Source of the DNA: Lytechinus pictus
Taxonomy: Eukaryota
Direction of reading: 5' to 3'
Length of the DNA stretch: 64,000 bases
Assembly: GCF_037042905.1 (NCBI RefSeq)
Contig: NC_087250.1
Span: forward strand, 12,774,001-12,838,000
This document shows, piece by piece, positions 38,250 through 51,300 of this stretch. The notes beneath the pieces are model-generated. The model made no database searches. It was not told where the DNA came from and was given only the letters and a program-made list of their open reading frames with translations. How positions within the stretch are numbered: the first letter of the stretch is position 1; the number at the start of each line of letters is the position of its first letter. A program made the position numbers and the translations under genes.

Positions 38250-39300
38250 GCTTTCACTCGATGTCACCAGCTAGCTTCAAACTTCCTTGATGCTGCTTCT
38301 GTGTTCAACCACCAGCCCGATAACAAACTGCACCGCCAGACTTTCCCGCGACTGTAAATTGGTTTTACGCTACCTCGCAGTCGCACTGACCGTTGAATGC
38401 ATGCACTGCTGGATGCGTGCACTATCACATGCGGGTATCCGAGCTGTGTGAGAAATGCTGCTCGTAATGTCACGAGTACGAGTACGCACGGAGCGTTCGT
38501 TCGTGCGCGCACCTTTGCTGGAGCTTTTTAAGGATATCAGTGTACACTAAAAACAAAACACTTTGAGAAAATATATATTAAATGGTTACCTTTTTGGACT
38601 AGCTATTATGTCCAAGAGTGTACATATTTCAAATTGAATTTTCCATCAAGGAGTAATATATTTTAGTACAAGAGAAAAAATCATACATTAAAAAATCGAT
38701 TCCAGTTTTCCTTTCGAAGCTACCATAATTGAATTGACGCGGTAATGATGACGTCATCTTTCGAAGCATTAGTACGCCATGTTTTTCATTCTGCGAAGGG
38801 GGAAATCTGCTCATCTCTCAATGAAAGAATGGATTCATCGTGAAATGGATGTGAAAATGCTGTGAAATGTAATCATTTCCTTAACAACATTGCATAGAAC
38901 ACATTGACGAGGAAAAATCGAGGAAACAAACAGGAAAACGTCAAAAAATGGCGCTTGAAACCCTGTTTGAAACACCCCCGCCTCTCGTGTCCTGTGAAAA
39001 CAAAGAAAGCCTAAATGAAGGCTCAGAAAGGTCGAGTAGCTATTCTCAAAATAATATTTCTATCACATATCTTGTGTAGCGTAAGTACATACACAAAGCT
39101 GTAGCAAATTGGTGATGTTCTGTGGATTTTTAAGTATGATAAATCGTCAAAATTGCCTTCTTCGTACGTAGACGCCCTAATGACTCTGTTGTCTCATTTG
39201 CATAATTTATTCGCGTGACGTCATGTCTTCCCGCTTGGTCGTGTGGACTGGTCCACTTTGGGAGAGGGAGGATTGTTGGGGTCGTTCTCTGCAGAGCTAG
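38250..39300. promoter_or_regulatory. Probable shared bidirectional promoter of SPT5 and the ZC3H gene
   Basis: CpG-rich; palindrome GTGCGCGCAC at 38503; CRE TGACGTCA at 38749 and 39216; YY1-type AAAATGGCG overlapping the ZC3H ATG; minus-strand donor CAA|GTGAGC near 38247 could close a non-coding SPT5 exon 1 that splices to the acceptor at 34417. Confidence 0.55.
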
Positions 39301-42300
39301 AGGGACCCGCGACGCTAACGACACCCATGGCATTGAATTCGATTGTTGATGTTCTGTCTGAAGAGTCAAGGGGCAAGGCCAAGGAGAGCTTCTGAAAGCT
39401 ACTTTGGGCTTGACTTATCGAGCTCATTTTTGGGATGTTGGAATTAAACACTCTCTGTGGAATACTTAGAATATAGAAATGTTATTTGCTGTGTTTGTAA
39501 ACCCAAACCTACCCTTTCTTTGTCATTCACCCCACGGTCTTCCTTTGTAGACTACATAGAGCTAGTTCAGTGTTAATTCTGTGTACACGTTTCACGGCAA
39601 AGTTCGTTGACCTGCAGTTTATTCTGCGTTTAGGATACTTTATATAGTCTTTGTATTTCATCTTAATTTCGGTAAATTCAGGCAGACATAGTGAATACTA
39701 GTAGTCATTTTGACAAGGGCCAGTTTCAAAGTCAAACTAAACAAAGCACTGTTTATCAAATTGCAAGACATGGCTTTTTAGTGGTTTTAAGATTGGACCC
39801 GAGTATTATTGTGCTGTGCCTGTCAACATTTTGTTTTTTTTATTATTCAAGTTTTTCAACATTATATATATTTTTTTTGCAGCACACCTAACTCTGGGGT
39901 TAGATGTTTGGCCTAGCCCAAGCAAGATTTTTTTTTTTTTTAAGTTGGACTTGGACTTATAGACTGATTAACTGTTCAATTCAAATCACTGGCCTGGTTA
40001 ATACATGCATTCTAGTATTACTTTAACCCAATTAACCTCATTTTCAATATAGGCTACAATTAATGTTAGATCTTATTTACTATCTAGATTTTTGTGTCAA
40101 ATCCTAAATATATATAACTCCACTAAATACATGAAAGTTAAAAGAAAGGGCTTATTTTGCATCAGAATCTATCTTTATGAAAATGGGAGGGGTGCATTTG
40201 GCCAAGGACTTTCATTGATAAGAATTATTGATAGCATCTGTTCCATTCAAATTTGAAGCTCCTGAAGAAATGACCTTGAATTACATGCAGTGAATTGGAA
40301 GAATAATATCCTTTCAATCAAAGTATTCATTGACAATGATCGTTACATGTATCATGGACCTATTCATGTATGCATTCCAAGTGCAGTTTTGATTTCATCA
40401 ATAGAGTGAAGCCTATTTACTAGTCTACATAAAGAGACCCTGATAAGCAAGTTCTTGAGAAATCATTTTTTCTGTTTCAACTGTGTTGAAGCTTCAGTGG
40501 ACAATTGACAATAATAATTATATGCAAATTATATATAGTGTAGTCTAAACTTCAGACAGCTGGGTTACCATGGTTTGACAGATAATAAAGTTTATGCCCT
40601 TGGCCCCTTGTCTATCCCTGCAATTATATATGATCTATTTTTATGTATTTGGTATCATTTGGGGCCAACATTTTTAGAAAAACTAAAGGGGAAATTGGCA
40701 ATAATGCAGGCAAATTTAACTGCTATAGAGTCTATAGGCTTATATTAATTTCATAGACAATATGGCAGTCTATTTACATTAGTCTATAGCCAGGAAGTGA
40801 AATAAATAGTTTCTGCCTACACTTCTTAACATTCCTTCTGCTATATAATTTCCTTTTTGGCTCTTGAAGTTTTAGGAGTTTTAAGGTCTGTTGTAATTTG
40901 GAGGGGCTATTTTGCAACTATACTGTTGGGTCATTTTTGGGGGAATCATATGTCTCTGTAATACCTAATTAGCCAATTTTCAAAAAAACAAAACAAATTC
41001 TTTGCCTATTTTCTTATTACTTATTTTAATATTTTGTGGAGTATTTTTATTTATTATTCTTTTCATTTATTTATTAATTTTCTAAGGGGGAATATCTGCA
41101 TACATGTCTCAAATCCACAGACCATCAATAAATCCAATTGGCTACTCTTTGTGTATGTTGATACATTGATTTATATAAGCTGGCAATGTTTGCATGCATG
41201 TTTGGTGTAAATTTAATGTTCAGCTTGTAGGCTGTAGATGCGTATTACATATATGACAACCCCATTCCCTGAATGAGTGAATTTGAATGTGGAAATATTT
41301 GAGATGCAGGTTTGATGAGATTGTGTGTCATATTTTTTCTGACTGATTGCCGTACGTCCTTCATTTGATAAAATAGCAACTTGTCCCTTAGGTATCTCAA
41401 TAGTCATTTTCCCCCATATAAGCATCTTTAAAGGACAAGTCCACCCCAACAAAAAGTTTTTATTTGAATTAAAAAAGAGAAATCCAACAAGCATAACACT
41501 GAAAATTTCATCAAAATCGGATGTAAAATATAAGAAAGTTATGACATTTTAAAGTTTCGCTTAATTTCACAAAACAGTTATATGCACATCCTGACTGGTA
41601 TGCAAATGAGGAGACTATGACGTCATCCACTCACTATTTCTTTTGTGTTTTATTATATGAAATATTCCAATTTTATCCTCATTGTCGAGTGATACAACGA
41701 TTAATTCCTCCCTGAACTTGTGGAATTAGCATTGTTTAATACTATATGGTTCAGTCAAGTTGGTTCTTATTGTCAAATCTACAAAAAATGAAATATTGTA
41801 TAATTCAAACAATAAAAAACAAAAGAAATAGTGAGTGATGGACATCATCGACTGACTCACTTAGTTGTGCATATCACCGTTTTGTGAAAAATAAGCGAAA
41901 ACTTAAAAATTTTATAACTTTCTTAGTTTTCATCTGATTTTGATGAAATTTTCAGCACTATGCTAGTTTGATTTTTCTCTATTCAAGTCAGCATTTTTCT
42001 GGGGTGGACTTGACCTTCAAACAAAGTATGCCCTAAATGCTCTAATACAAACAAAATATAAGCATATATTGTCAATGTTAGTTAGCCTATATTCTGATTA
42101 CATTTTGTGAATTTAGTATTAGGCTATTATTGGCATCATGATTACTAGACTTTTACAAGTACTTTATATTGTTTTAATTTACCAATTAATTCTGATGATT
42201 CAATAAATATGAATCCTATTATTATTTATAATATTTTATTAACATTATTACCCTCATTATAGTATTTTGTTATCATATATTATGTAGACCTATCCAATTT

Positions 42301-45300
42301 CTTACCTTTGTCTCGATATGCAGTACTCCAACGCCCCGTACCCAACCCAAGAAAAAAAAAGATGTAAAGAAAAAAAAACATGCCATGGAATATTGATGTT
42401 CGATATTCCCTATGATAGCCAAATCAAATCCAAAATCCTGATGTCCTTTTCCCTTCATTTCAGCCACCCACCTCTTTTGTCAAGAAAGTTTTTACCCCCC
42501 CCCCCCCATGTCTCATGTCATTCCATTGTTTTTACCAACTCTTTGATTGTGGATACCAAGGGGAAAGACTAGAAAAGTAGCTCAACATATCATGTTTTTT
42601 TTTTCATTTTATTACAAAAAATGACTACAGATTGCAATATGGTTAATGAACAAATAATCGTTATGAAAGGAAATCACTCCAAAATAATATGAGGTTAAGA
42701 TTTCATATTTATAAACAAAAAAGTTATGAAATGTTAGAATAAAAAGCCATTGGGCCTGTATGTTTTACAAAACACTACATGTGGGTACGTTAATTAATGT
42801 ATGTTTTAATCAATACCTGTAGCCTGAAAATTGCCCTCCCAACATACATGTATTGTCATGGGGGGGGGGGTGGATCTGTGCATGATGTTGGTTCTGTACT
42901 CTAATTGCCAGCCCAATCTTAAACTTTCTTCTTTATTAATTTTTTTTTCCGCTTTCGGAACCTCTTGTATTTTGTACTTTCAGTGTGAGTATTGACAAGA
43001 AACATGAAAAGTTTTGCTCCTGTATTAAAAGGTTGGAAGAGTCCCTAAAAGGGTCTGAATAAATAGACTAGTGAACTGTGCTCAATAAAGCCAGGGGAAA
43101 ATGTCCATATAAAAATTAATGGTTTAAAAAAAAAGGCAAAATGTATAGCATATTGATTTTTATCCTCTATTTTAAGATGCAATTCCTTTAGAAGCAATTC
43201 CTTCTTTCCTTTTTTGAACACTGCTCAAATTCGATTCATTTCAATCTATTTGGGCAACATTTTACACTAGTATAATGCTGTCCCTCATAGAATGATAATA
43301 CCCCTTCCCATAGAGTGGTATATGCCAAGGTTATGGCAGCTCATGAATATGCAGTTTTTTGGCAACCACTGATTGGATGGCTATTTATACACCCTATTCA
43401 TATTCATTATGTAGAGGGTTACAGTGCATTCATTTTATGTGAGGAAATGTGATCTCATGATGTGCAGTCAATGTTCTATTCATTCCATATCTTTCAAACT
43501 CAAGTTTTCTATGTACTAGCATGGATCCTACTATGGTACTAGTAATCAATACAGTATCAAAGTTATGAAGAGAAGGTAATGGCATACGTAGTTTGTTCAT
43601 GGATGCTGTATGTTGGGGGGGGGGGGGTGGGGATCATGATTAGGCCAGAAATGTGAAGTGACAATACTTCTTGAATATATGCCAACATTTACATGAAATG
43701 AGTAAGCCTATATGCATGCAAGTAGTCACTACAGTTGTTTTCCAAGTGTAGTATTGACTGATTGTTTATAAAATGGATAACTAAAAAATAAGAGAAATTG
43801 GCATTGACGGCCACATACACCCATCCCCCCCCCCCCCCCCCGGCCCCCTCTTAAAAATTGCATGCCGACATCTATGTTATCTAATAATTATAATTAATTA
43901 TATAGTAATAATAATAATGATGATGATAATAATAATATGTATAGTGCTATTCCGAAATAACATTGTTTCTCAGCACCTTACACAATGATTTTGGAGTGTA
44001 AAAAGATCACAATACATGGAGCATTAACATATTCTTCCTTCAAATGTAGATCTGCAATCAGTTTTTACAAAACAGTAAACCTACCTGGCTCTTTTTTCTT
44101 CAAATTATTTCATTAGTGCCTAGCCTCTCCCTCTATTCCACCCTTCCTGCTGCCACCCACCAGTTTAATGGCAGAATTAGCAGGGAATAATTTTCCTGGT
44201 ATCGCATCGCAATTTGCTCCACATTTTTGAAAGACTGTAATATGCATATAAAGTCTTTTGTATAACATATTTTTTAATAGGACTGTACATTTCTTAGTTA
44301 AAATAAGAGCTTTTCTCTTGTGACCAAAAATGCTATTCAAATTTGTAACGCAAAATTATTCCCTGATTAGGCCTATGGTTCTAACATCAATGAAAATGTC
44401 AAATTAATTCATTTACTGTTGAACTACTTAAGCATGCAAGGCCCCCCTTGGCGATATAGGATAATAATGCACTTTGAATGTTTATAGATCGATCCCTTGC
44501 CTTGTACACACTAATCCATTAACTGTGTCGGTTTGGACAGCAGGGAATCCAAACAAAGGAATATAGATCTTGAGGGGGGGATTATAATGCTCATGTTCAT
44601 GCTCATGCATGTTCAAGGATAGCAGGGGCCGCGGAAGCAGGGGGGCTGGGGGGGGCTTCAGCCCCCCACTTTTTTCCAAAACCGTGTAGAAAAACGTAAA
44701 ATTACCATAGGATTGTGATTTTTTGCATGGTCAGCCCCCCCACTTTGAAAACCGTTCCGCGGCCCCTGGATAGTTATAGTACTTCTAATTATTCTGAAGA
44801 AAAATTATTTATATATTGACATCATTATAATGATGTCATATGATAATAATACATATAACACACCGTCTGGGAATAATACTGTGCAATAGTAATAATGATG
44901 AAAATAATTATGAAAATGATGATAATGATGACAATAATGATGAAGATGGTGATGATAATGCTGATAATAATAATAAAATTTGAAAATAATAGGGCCTACT
45001 GATTTGTATGATGACAATTATTATAACCATTTGTATCCACTCTGCTGATAATTTAAAGTTCTCATTATGGTAGTAATGATTTTGACAAGAGGACAAATGA
45101 AAAAGACAATTGAATCGTTGAAAAAAATATATATATATATAGATTAAAAATGTGCTTGTATGTGCCTTGAAATACATGTTTTGGGGGCTTTTTTAACTTT
45201 CATGATTTTTTCTCCTAATATCGAATGAAAAATGAATATTGAATGTTTATTTGAAAATGACTGTCTCTGCTCAAAGCTCTAGTTATGATGAAATCAAACA

Positions 45301-48300
45301 ATGGGGAAAAATATGTAATTAAATGCTCACATCCACTCATACATGTACATATATTCGAATATGCTGTCATTTTAAAGATAAATTCCAGTTGTGGGAATGA
45401 TCTCAAAATGACTTTTTACAGAATTTAATATAATGATTACCAAAGTGTCTGTTTGTATGAATAAAAATATGTGCCAAAGAATTTTGGAAGAAATTGTGTA
45501 ATTGCTGAGAAATAAGCAAAATAAGCGCGGATTCGGTCACTTCTGTCGGGTCTTTATTCCAGCAATAATAATACACTGTCCCACGTGTGCCTATCTGTGT
45601 TGGCGATCTTCAGTGTGATCGTTTTTTAGCTAGATATTATGATTTCACAAAGTTCAGTTTATGTAACTGTACAAGATCTAGATCCACGATGATATATCAA
45701 TACTTTACCTTGGTTTTACAGACTTTCTCACGAAATCAGTGTTTTACTGCAACTACGATCATTTAGCTTAAAGCAGTATATCACCCATTTCTGTCTATTC
45801 TTCTCCCTCTATCTCTTTCTCTCTCTTGTTTGCTGAATGAAATGTATATTCACACATATTGCTGCTAAATCTAATAGCCATCATTTGACAAATAATTGCA
45901 TTTGATCTTTGAAAATTGCTCGAACCAAAGAAGCCAATATGGTCCTGGGAAGCGGGGGTGAGACCCCCCCCCCCCTATGAAGACTTGTAAGTGCAAGCAC
46001 ATTTTAATTCAATAGATTAATGCAATCTCACCCCTTTGCCAAAGTTCCAGGTGGAAAGGACCCATTTCTTGAATGAGAAGAATGCTAAAAAACGGCCTTT
46101 GTCATTCCAAAGATAAAATGAAATTAAAATAGTTTTCAAAATCAGGGGCGGATACAGGATTTTCCAAGGGGGGGGGAACATTTTCCCTGAGGTAAAATTT
46201 GACTAGCAAAAAAAATAAAGAAAAAATTCAACCAGAAAATAAGGACATTACGAAGAAAAAGACAAGCCCCCCCTCCCCCCCCCCAAAAAAAAAAAAGGAA
46301 ATTTCAACCAAAAAATAAGGACATTTTGTCCACGAAAAAAAATAGACAAGCCAAAAAAAAAAGTTTTCAAAAAGGGGGGGGGGGCACACTTTTTAAGCTG
46401 TTTTAAAGGTAATTTTGCATTACAAATTTTAATTGCGCCTCTTAAAGGGGGGAGGCACGGGCCGGCTTTGCCCCTCCCCCCTGGATCCGCCAGTGCTCAG
46501 AATACCAATCCAGGGAGATTTTATGTGAAGTATTATCTCACTGATTTTAACAGAGATAAAAAGTTTTATTTTATTTGAGATAAAATGGATCTCAGAATAC
46601 CACTCATGATTTTCATTAATTTATCATCATTATTATTATTATTTATGATTATCAGCATTATTATTATCGTTATTATTATTACCATTATTATCATCATTAT
46701 TTATTATCGTTATAATTATTATTATTATTGACATCATCATTATCATTATTTTCATCATCACCATCATCATTATTATTATTATTATCATTATTGTTATTAT
46801 TGATATTATTATTACAGGAATCCTGAAGAGGATGGCGAGATCTTGGAAGACGGTGAGCTCAGCGACGAGGTCGAAGGAGTCCAGCAGCCCGATGAGATGG
46901 GCAACGAAGAGGAGGGGTACGTGGATGGAGGAGGCGGTAACTATGGTTATGAAAATGATGCAGGGGTGGAGGAAGAAATGGAAGAGCAAGAGCAAGGTAT
47001 GTCATTAAGGGTAAATTGCCAATTCGTCTACTGCCAATTCATCCACTCACCACATGGTCTACTTTCATACAGTCTCATGCCATTCCGTCCAACATTTCGT
47101 CTAACAACCATCACTACGTCTATGACCATTTTTTCTCACGACCAGTCGGTCTAATATCCATTTCAATTTCATTCATTTTGCACAATTAACACTTAGTCCA
47201 ATTAGACCAAATGGCTATTGGACCAACTGGTTATTAGACAAAATGGTGAGTGCTTGAATTGTCAATTAGACCATGTGGATTGTGGACAAACTGATAGTAG
47301 ACCAAATGATAGTAGATGAGTTGGCAATTGGACATATTGGCATTAGACGAATCAGAAATAATCAGGTTTTATTTAATTTAAATTTGTGTGTGTGTGTAGA
47401 TACATGTACAGAACAATCTGAATCGGTCTATGAGTTGGCTAGATTTCAGATCTTTGTATTGTCAGAAGTAACTTTTAGAGCAGCTTTATGATATATTAGA
47501 TCTGCCATTAGGGCCAAGTATTAGTGATATTGGTGCTGATATCTCATACTTATACTAGAGATATCAGTTCCACAATCAATTGTACTAAGCTTTATGTTGC
47601 CCCAGGCATACTGTTTCATGGATACTATTGGCATAAAACTGTGTAAAACTTGTTATTGCATGACAGTGATGATAATAACAGTCATAGACCATTTCTAATC
47701 CGTAAATCCAGTTGGAAAATGCCCCCGCAACATAATTTTTCGTAACCTTTTTCCTTTCTACATCTGCAGTCGTTGAAACCCCTCGCAAGAGCAGGAGACG
47801 CCACCGTCATCGAGAACATAAGGAAGAAGGCGATGATGAGGAGGAGGAGGAGGAAGGAAATGAGGAAGGGGAGGATGATCGAGAAAAGAGGAGGAGACGA
47901 AAAAGGAGGAAGGAGAAGCACAGTAGCAGACGGCATCATCACAAGAAGTCGAAAAGAAGAAAAAGGCATCATTCTAGCGAAGAAGAAAATGGGGTAAGAT
48001 GATAAAAGCGCTAGGGATATTAGTTTTGTGCTTGTATTTGTTCCAACTAATTGTAAGATCAGTCATTGAGGGCCCAATACTCTGTAACACAAAGCTCAAT
48101 GATTAATTTTGGGACTATATTTTACAATTGGTCATATGTACAAATACCCATTGAAATAAATTGTAGTAATTAGCCCAACAGTCGATGGCTATGTTCTATA
48201 TCTTTCAATGCTCTTTTCACTGTATCTTTCCATAACCAGAGTCCTGAAGACATGGATGCAGACGGAGCACGGGCCCCTTCGAAGAAGAGACGCTCCGTTC

Positions 48301-51300
48301 ACCGAGAAAGAAGACGCCCTTCCGAGCCAGACGAGGAGGAAGGCTGGCACGGCGAGATAGACGGTCCCGATGACGAAGGCAGGATGGAGAGAGCGAGAGG
48401 AAGGAGGGGGCAGAGGAGCATGAGTAGGGGAGGGGAGATGTGGGGGATGAGAGGCATGGAAGGGCAGGAGGAGGAACAGGGATACGGGAGCTCTGGAGCC
48501 GATTCGTGGGAGGAGGAGATGAGGAAGTACAAAGCCCATCAGGCAGGGTAAGTAAAACAAAATTTCCTCTGTTCTTTTTGGGGAGGGGAGGGAGAGGCTT
48601 GGGTAACGGATGATCGGGAAAGGGGAAGTACAGTTTGGTTTCACACCCTTTCGCAGGCAGATCTTCTTGGGTCATTGAAGAAGTCCTGTCCAGTGAATGG
48701 CACAAGGTCTGGCTTTGTGGTTGGAAGACTCCAGATCTTGGACAGTGCATGACACTGGTTGTACAATGAAATTAGACATATTTTTTTGTTAAACAAAATG
48801 GCAGCAGTGGGATTGCTTCATTTCAATTATTGAAGGGAGTTATGCTGTTGTTTTTACAGAAACATTTAGGTTTATGTGGTTGTGACGAACCATATCATCA
48901 GGTCATAAAATAGTTACTTGATCTAGGCCTCCAGAGATTATAGATATTCTGAGAAGAGTAACCAAGTATTTTACGAAAAGAAAGCCTTGTGGAACTCCTT
49001 GCCTCATTCTAGTTTATTATTTAAAATTCAATTAATTGGAGATCAGATATAGAAATAGTTTGGTTGATGTGTTGTATGTCACTTTTTGCAGTACTATGCA
49101 TTCCTTCAAAATCTTAAAAAATCTTCACATCTTTTTCATAGTTCTGGAGAAAAAAAACAGTGCTTGCATTTCACAAATAGTTTGATTTTACTTTGCCTCA
49201 GTGAAATTAGTTCTCAGCTGATCAAAACCAATGTTACTTAAATTAAATTGTTGGTGATTGATGAACAATTCCCTTGTGGCTCCTTTAATCCCTTTACTGT
49301 CTCATTCTGACTCTCTCTACCCAGGTTTGTAGATGAAGAATCGGAGGAGGAGGAGATGTCACCCCGTATGGCCGGTGCCCAGCGTGGGAGGGGCAGAGGC
49401 AGGGGCAGGGGAAAGCCCCCTCCTGGTGCCAAACATGTAAGTATGTCACCGAAGTATAATGGTTATAGGCGGGGTTGGTGATATAGTTCTCTCCATTTGG
49501 GAAGGGGTAGAAGACAGAGAAGAAAGTTGGTTGGGACACATGAATATGCAATGAGTGAGCTGATGATGTCATCTACCCCTAATGTTTTTCTATTGGACTT
49601 TATGAAATTGTGTGTACGCAGATTCTGTCCTCCAAGACTGAACTAATAGGATTAATTACCAATTTACACTGTAAGATGATCATTGCTGAAATTTAACTTT
49701 TGCAAATGGAGATAGGTTTCCACTCAAAAATATGAAACAATTATGATGTCATGTAAAAAAAAATAAGAAAAAGGAAAGTAGGGACATGACATCATAATCC
49801 CACCTATTGCATGTTTTTTTTTAAAGGAATGCATATATAACTTTTTACAAATTTATTGCAGAAATTTAAAATTCAATCTTTTCATTATTTTAATGAAATT
49901 TTTTGTTCAATTATATTCTATTTAGATATTATCTTCAACCTTAGGTACCTCTAAGCATGATTTCATCTGTTGATGAATAGAATAAACCACCAGTTTTCTG
50001 TTTAAGAGTAATTCCTATATCCATAATCCCAATTTCATTGTTTATTCCACACAGAGTTTTATCCAAGAGAAATTGAAGAAGATAGCTCTCGCTGCTAAGA
50101 TGAAAGGCAAAGGTCGAGGGCGTGGATCCGGGCCTCCTGGTCCTAAGCCACCCAAAGAACCGATGGGAGAGAAGAAGATGATGCTACATCTCATCTGCAA
50201 ATTTTACCTTGAAGGTCGCTGCAAGAAGGTCAGTTCTCATCTCTCTAACAAGGGCCATTTTCCCATACAGATGCAATCAATATCTGCACTCAATTGCAAC
50301 TTATTGTATCACATTTTTCAGACTTCCAATTACGTTTGAATATACAAGTAATTTTCCTAACTAAGATCTTGGGAAGTAATGAAAAGAAATGTGCACAATA
50401 TTTATAATTGATTTAACTTTTTGTACTTGGTTCATTATAGACTTTCTGCCATGATTAATTGAACTTACATGTGTATACAGGGCCCTTAGCTTTTAAGCAT
50501 TTAGTGTCATGACTTATCTTTAGCCTTAGTTGATCAGTGTTTTATCTTGGAATTGGCAACATTATTTTGTTGGAATTTAATTCTTGCACTTATGGAGCTT
50601 GTGTGGTCATATGGACCGACAGAAGCTTTGATAATTCCATTGCATTGCCAATTAAATAATTTTTATTTCTTATTTTCATTCAGCTTTTTTTTTAAATCAA
50701 AATAAAGATGCCAAGGATGAAAAGGGAGGGTATGTGGTATATGAAGATTTTATTTTGTATGATACAATTTAGTTCTCTTATAGCTCTGCATAAAAAAGAT
50801 GCCTGCCCAATTGACTAATTTGGTCACTATAGTTGAACGGGTTGAAGAAATTATTATTTTGTTAATTGTTATGCATGCTATTATTGTTAACAGGGAGAGA
50901 ACTGTACTTATAGCCACGATCTGACGCAGCAGAGGAAGCAGGAGCTCTGTAAATTCTACGTCAGCGGATTCTGCAATAAAGGAGATACTTGCCTGTACAT
51001 GCATGATATCCTTTCTATCTGTTACTTTATTAAAGAAACCAGGGTCATGTTTTGTAAGGCTCGTAGGGGTTGGCACACCAGGGGGCGGGGTGTTTCACAA
51101 AAATGTTAGTTTAACTAAATAAATAGATTTCAATTAATGCAGAAAATGGATGTTGCCCTTGAGATTGTTTTTTTTTCAGTAAAATGGATCAATATAAATC
51201 AGCACCTGCATAAAATACTGAGGCTTTATATGACTTCATTGTCTGTTTTATTAGGGGCGGGCAAGGTAGCTATTTGGTGTTATTTCATCTCTTTGATGTG

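Noticed and set aside
38877..38885. TTCCTTAAC U12 branch motif
   Set aside because: Upstream of the ZC3H start with no matching U12 donor; coincides with a TTAA-type element end.
48657..48760. Possible cryptic exon or snoRNA in ZC3H intron 4
   Set aside because: Acceptor-like site exists, but no convincing donor and no clear H/ACA or C/D boxes.
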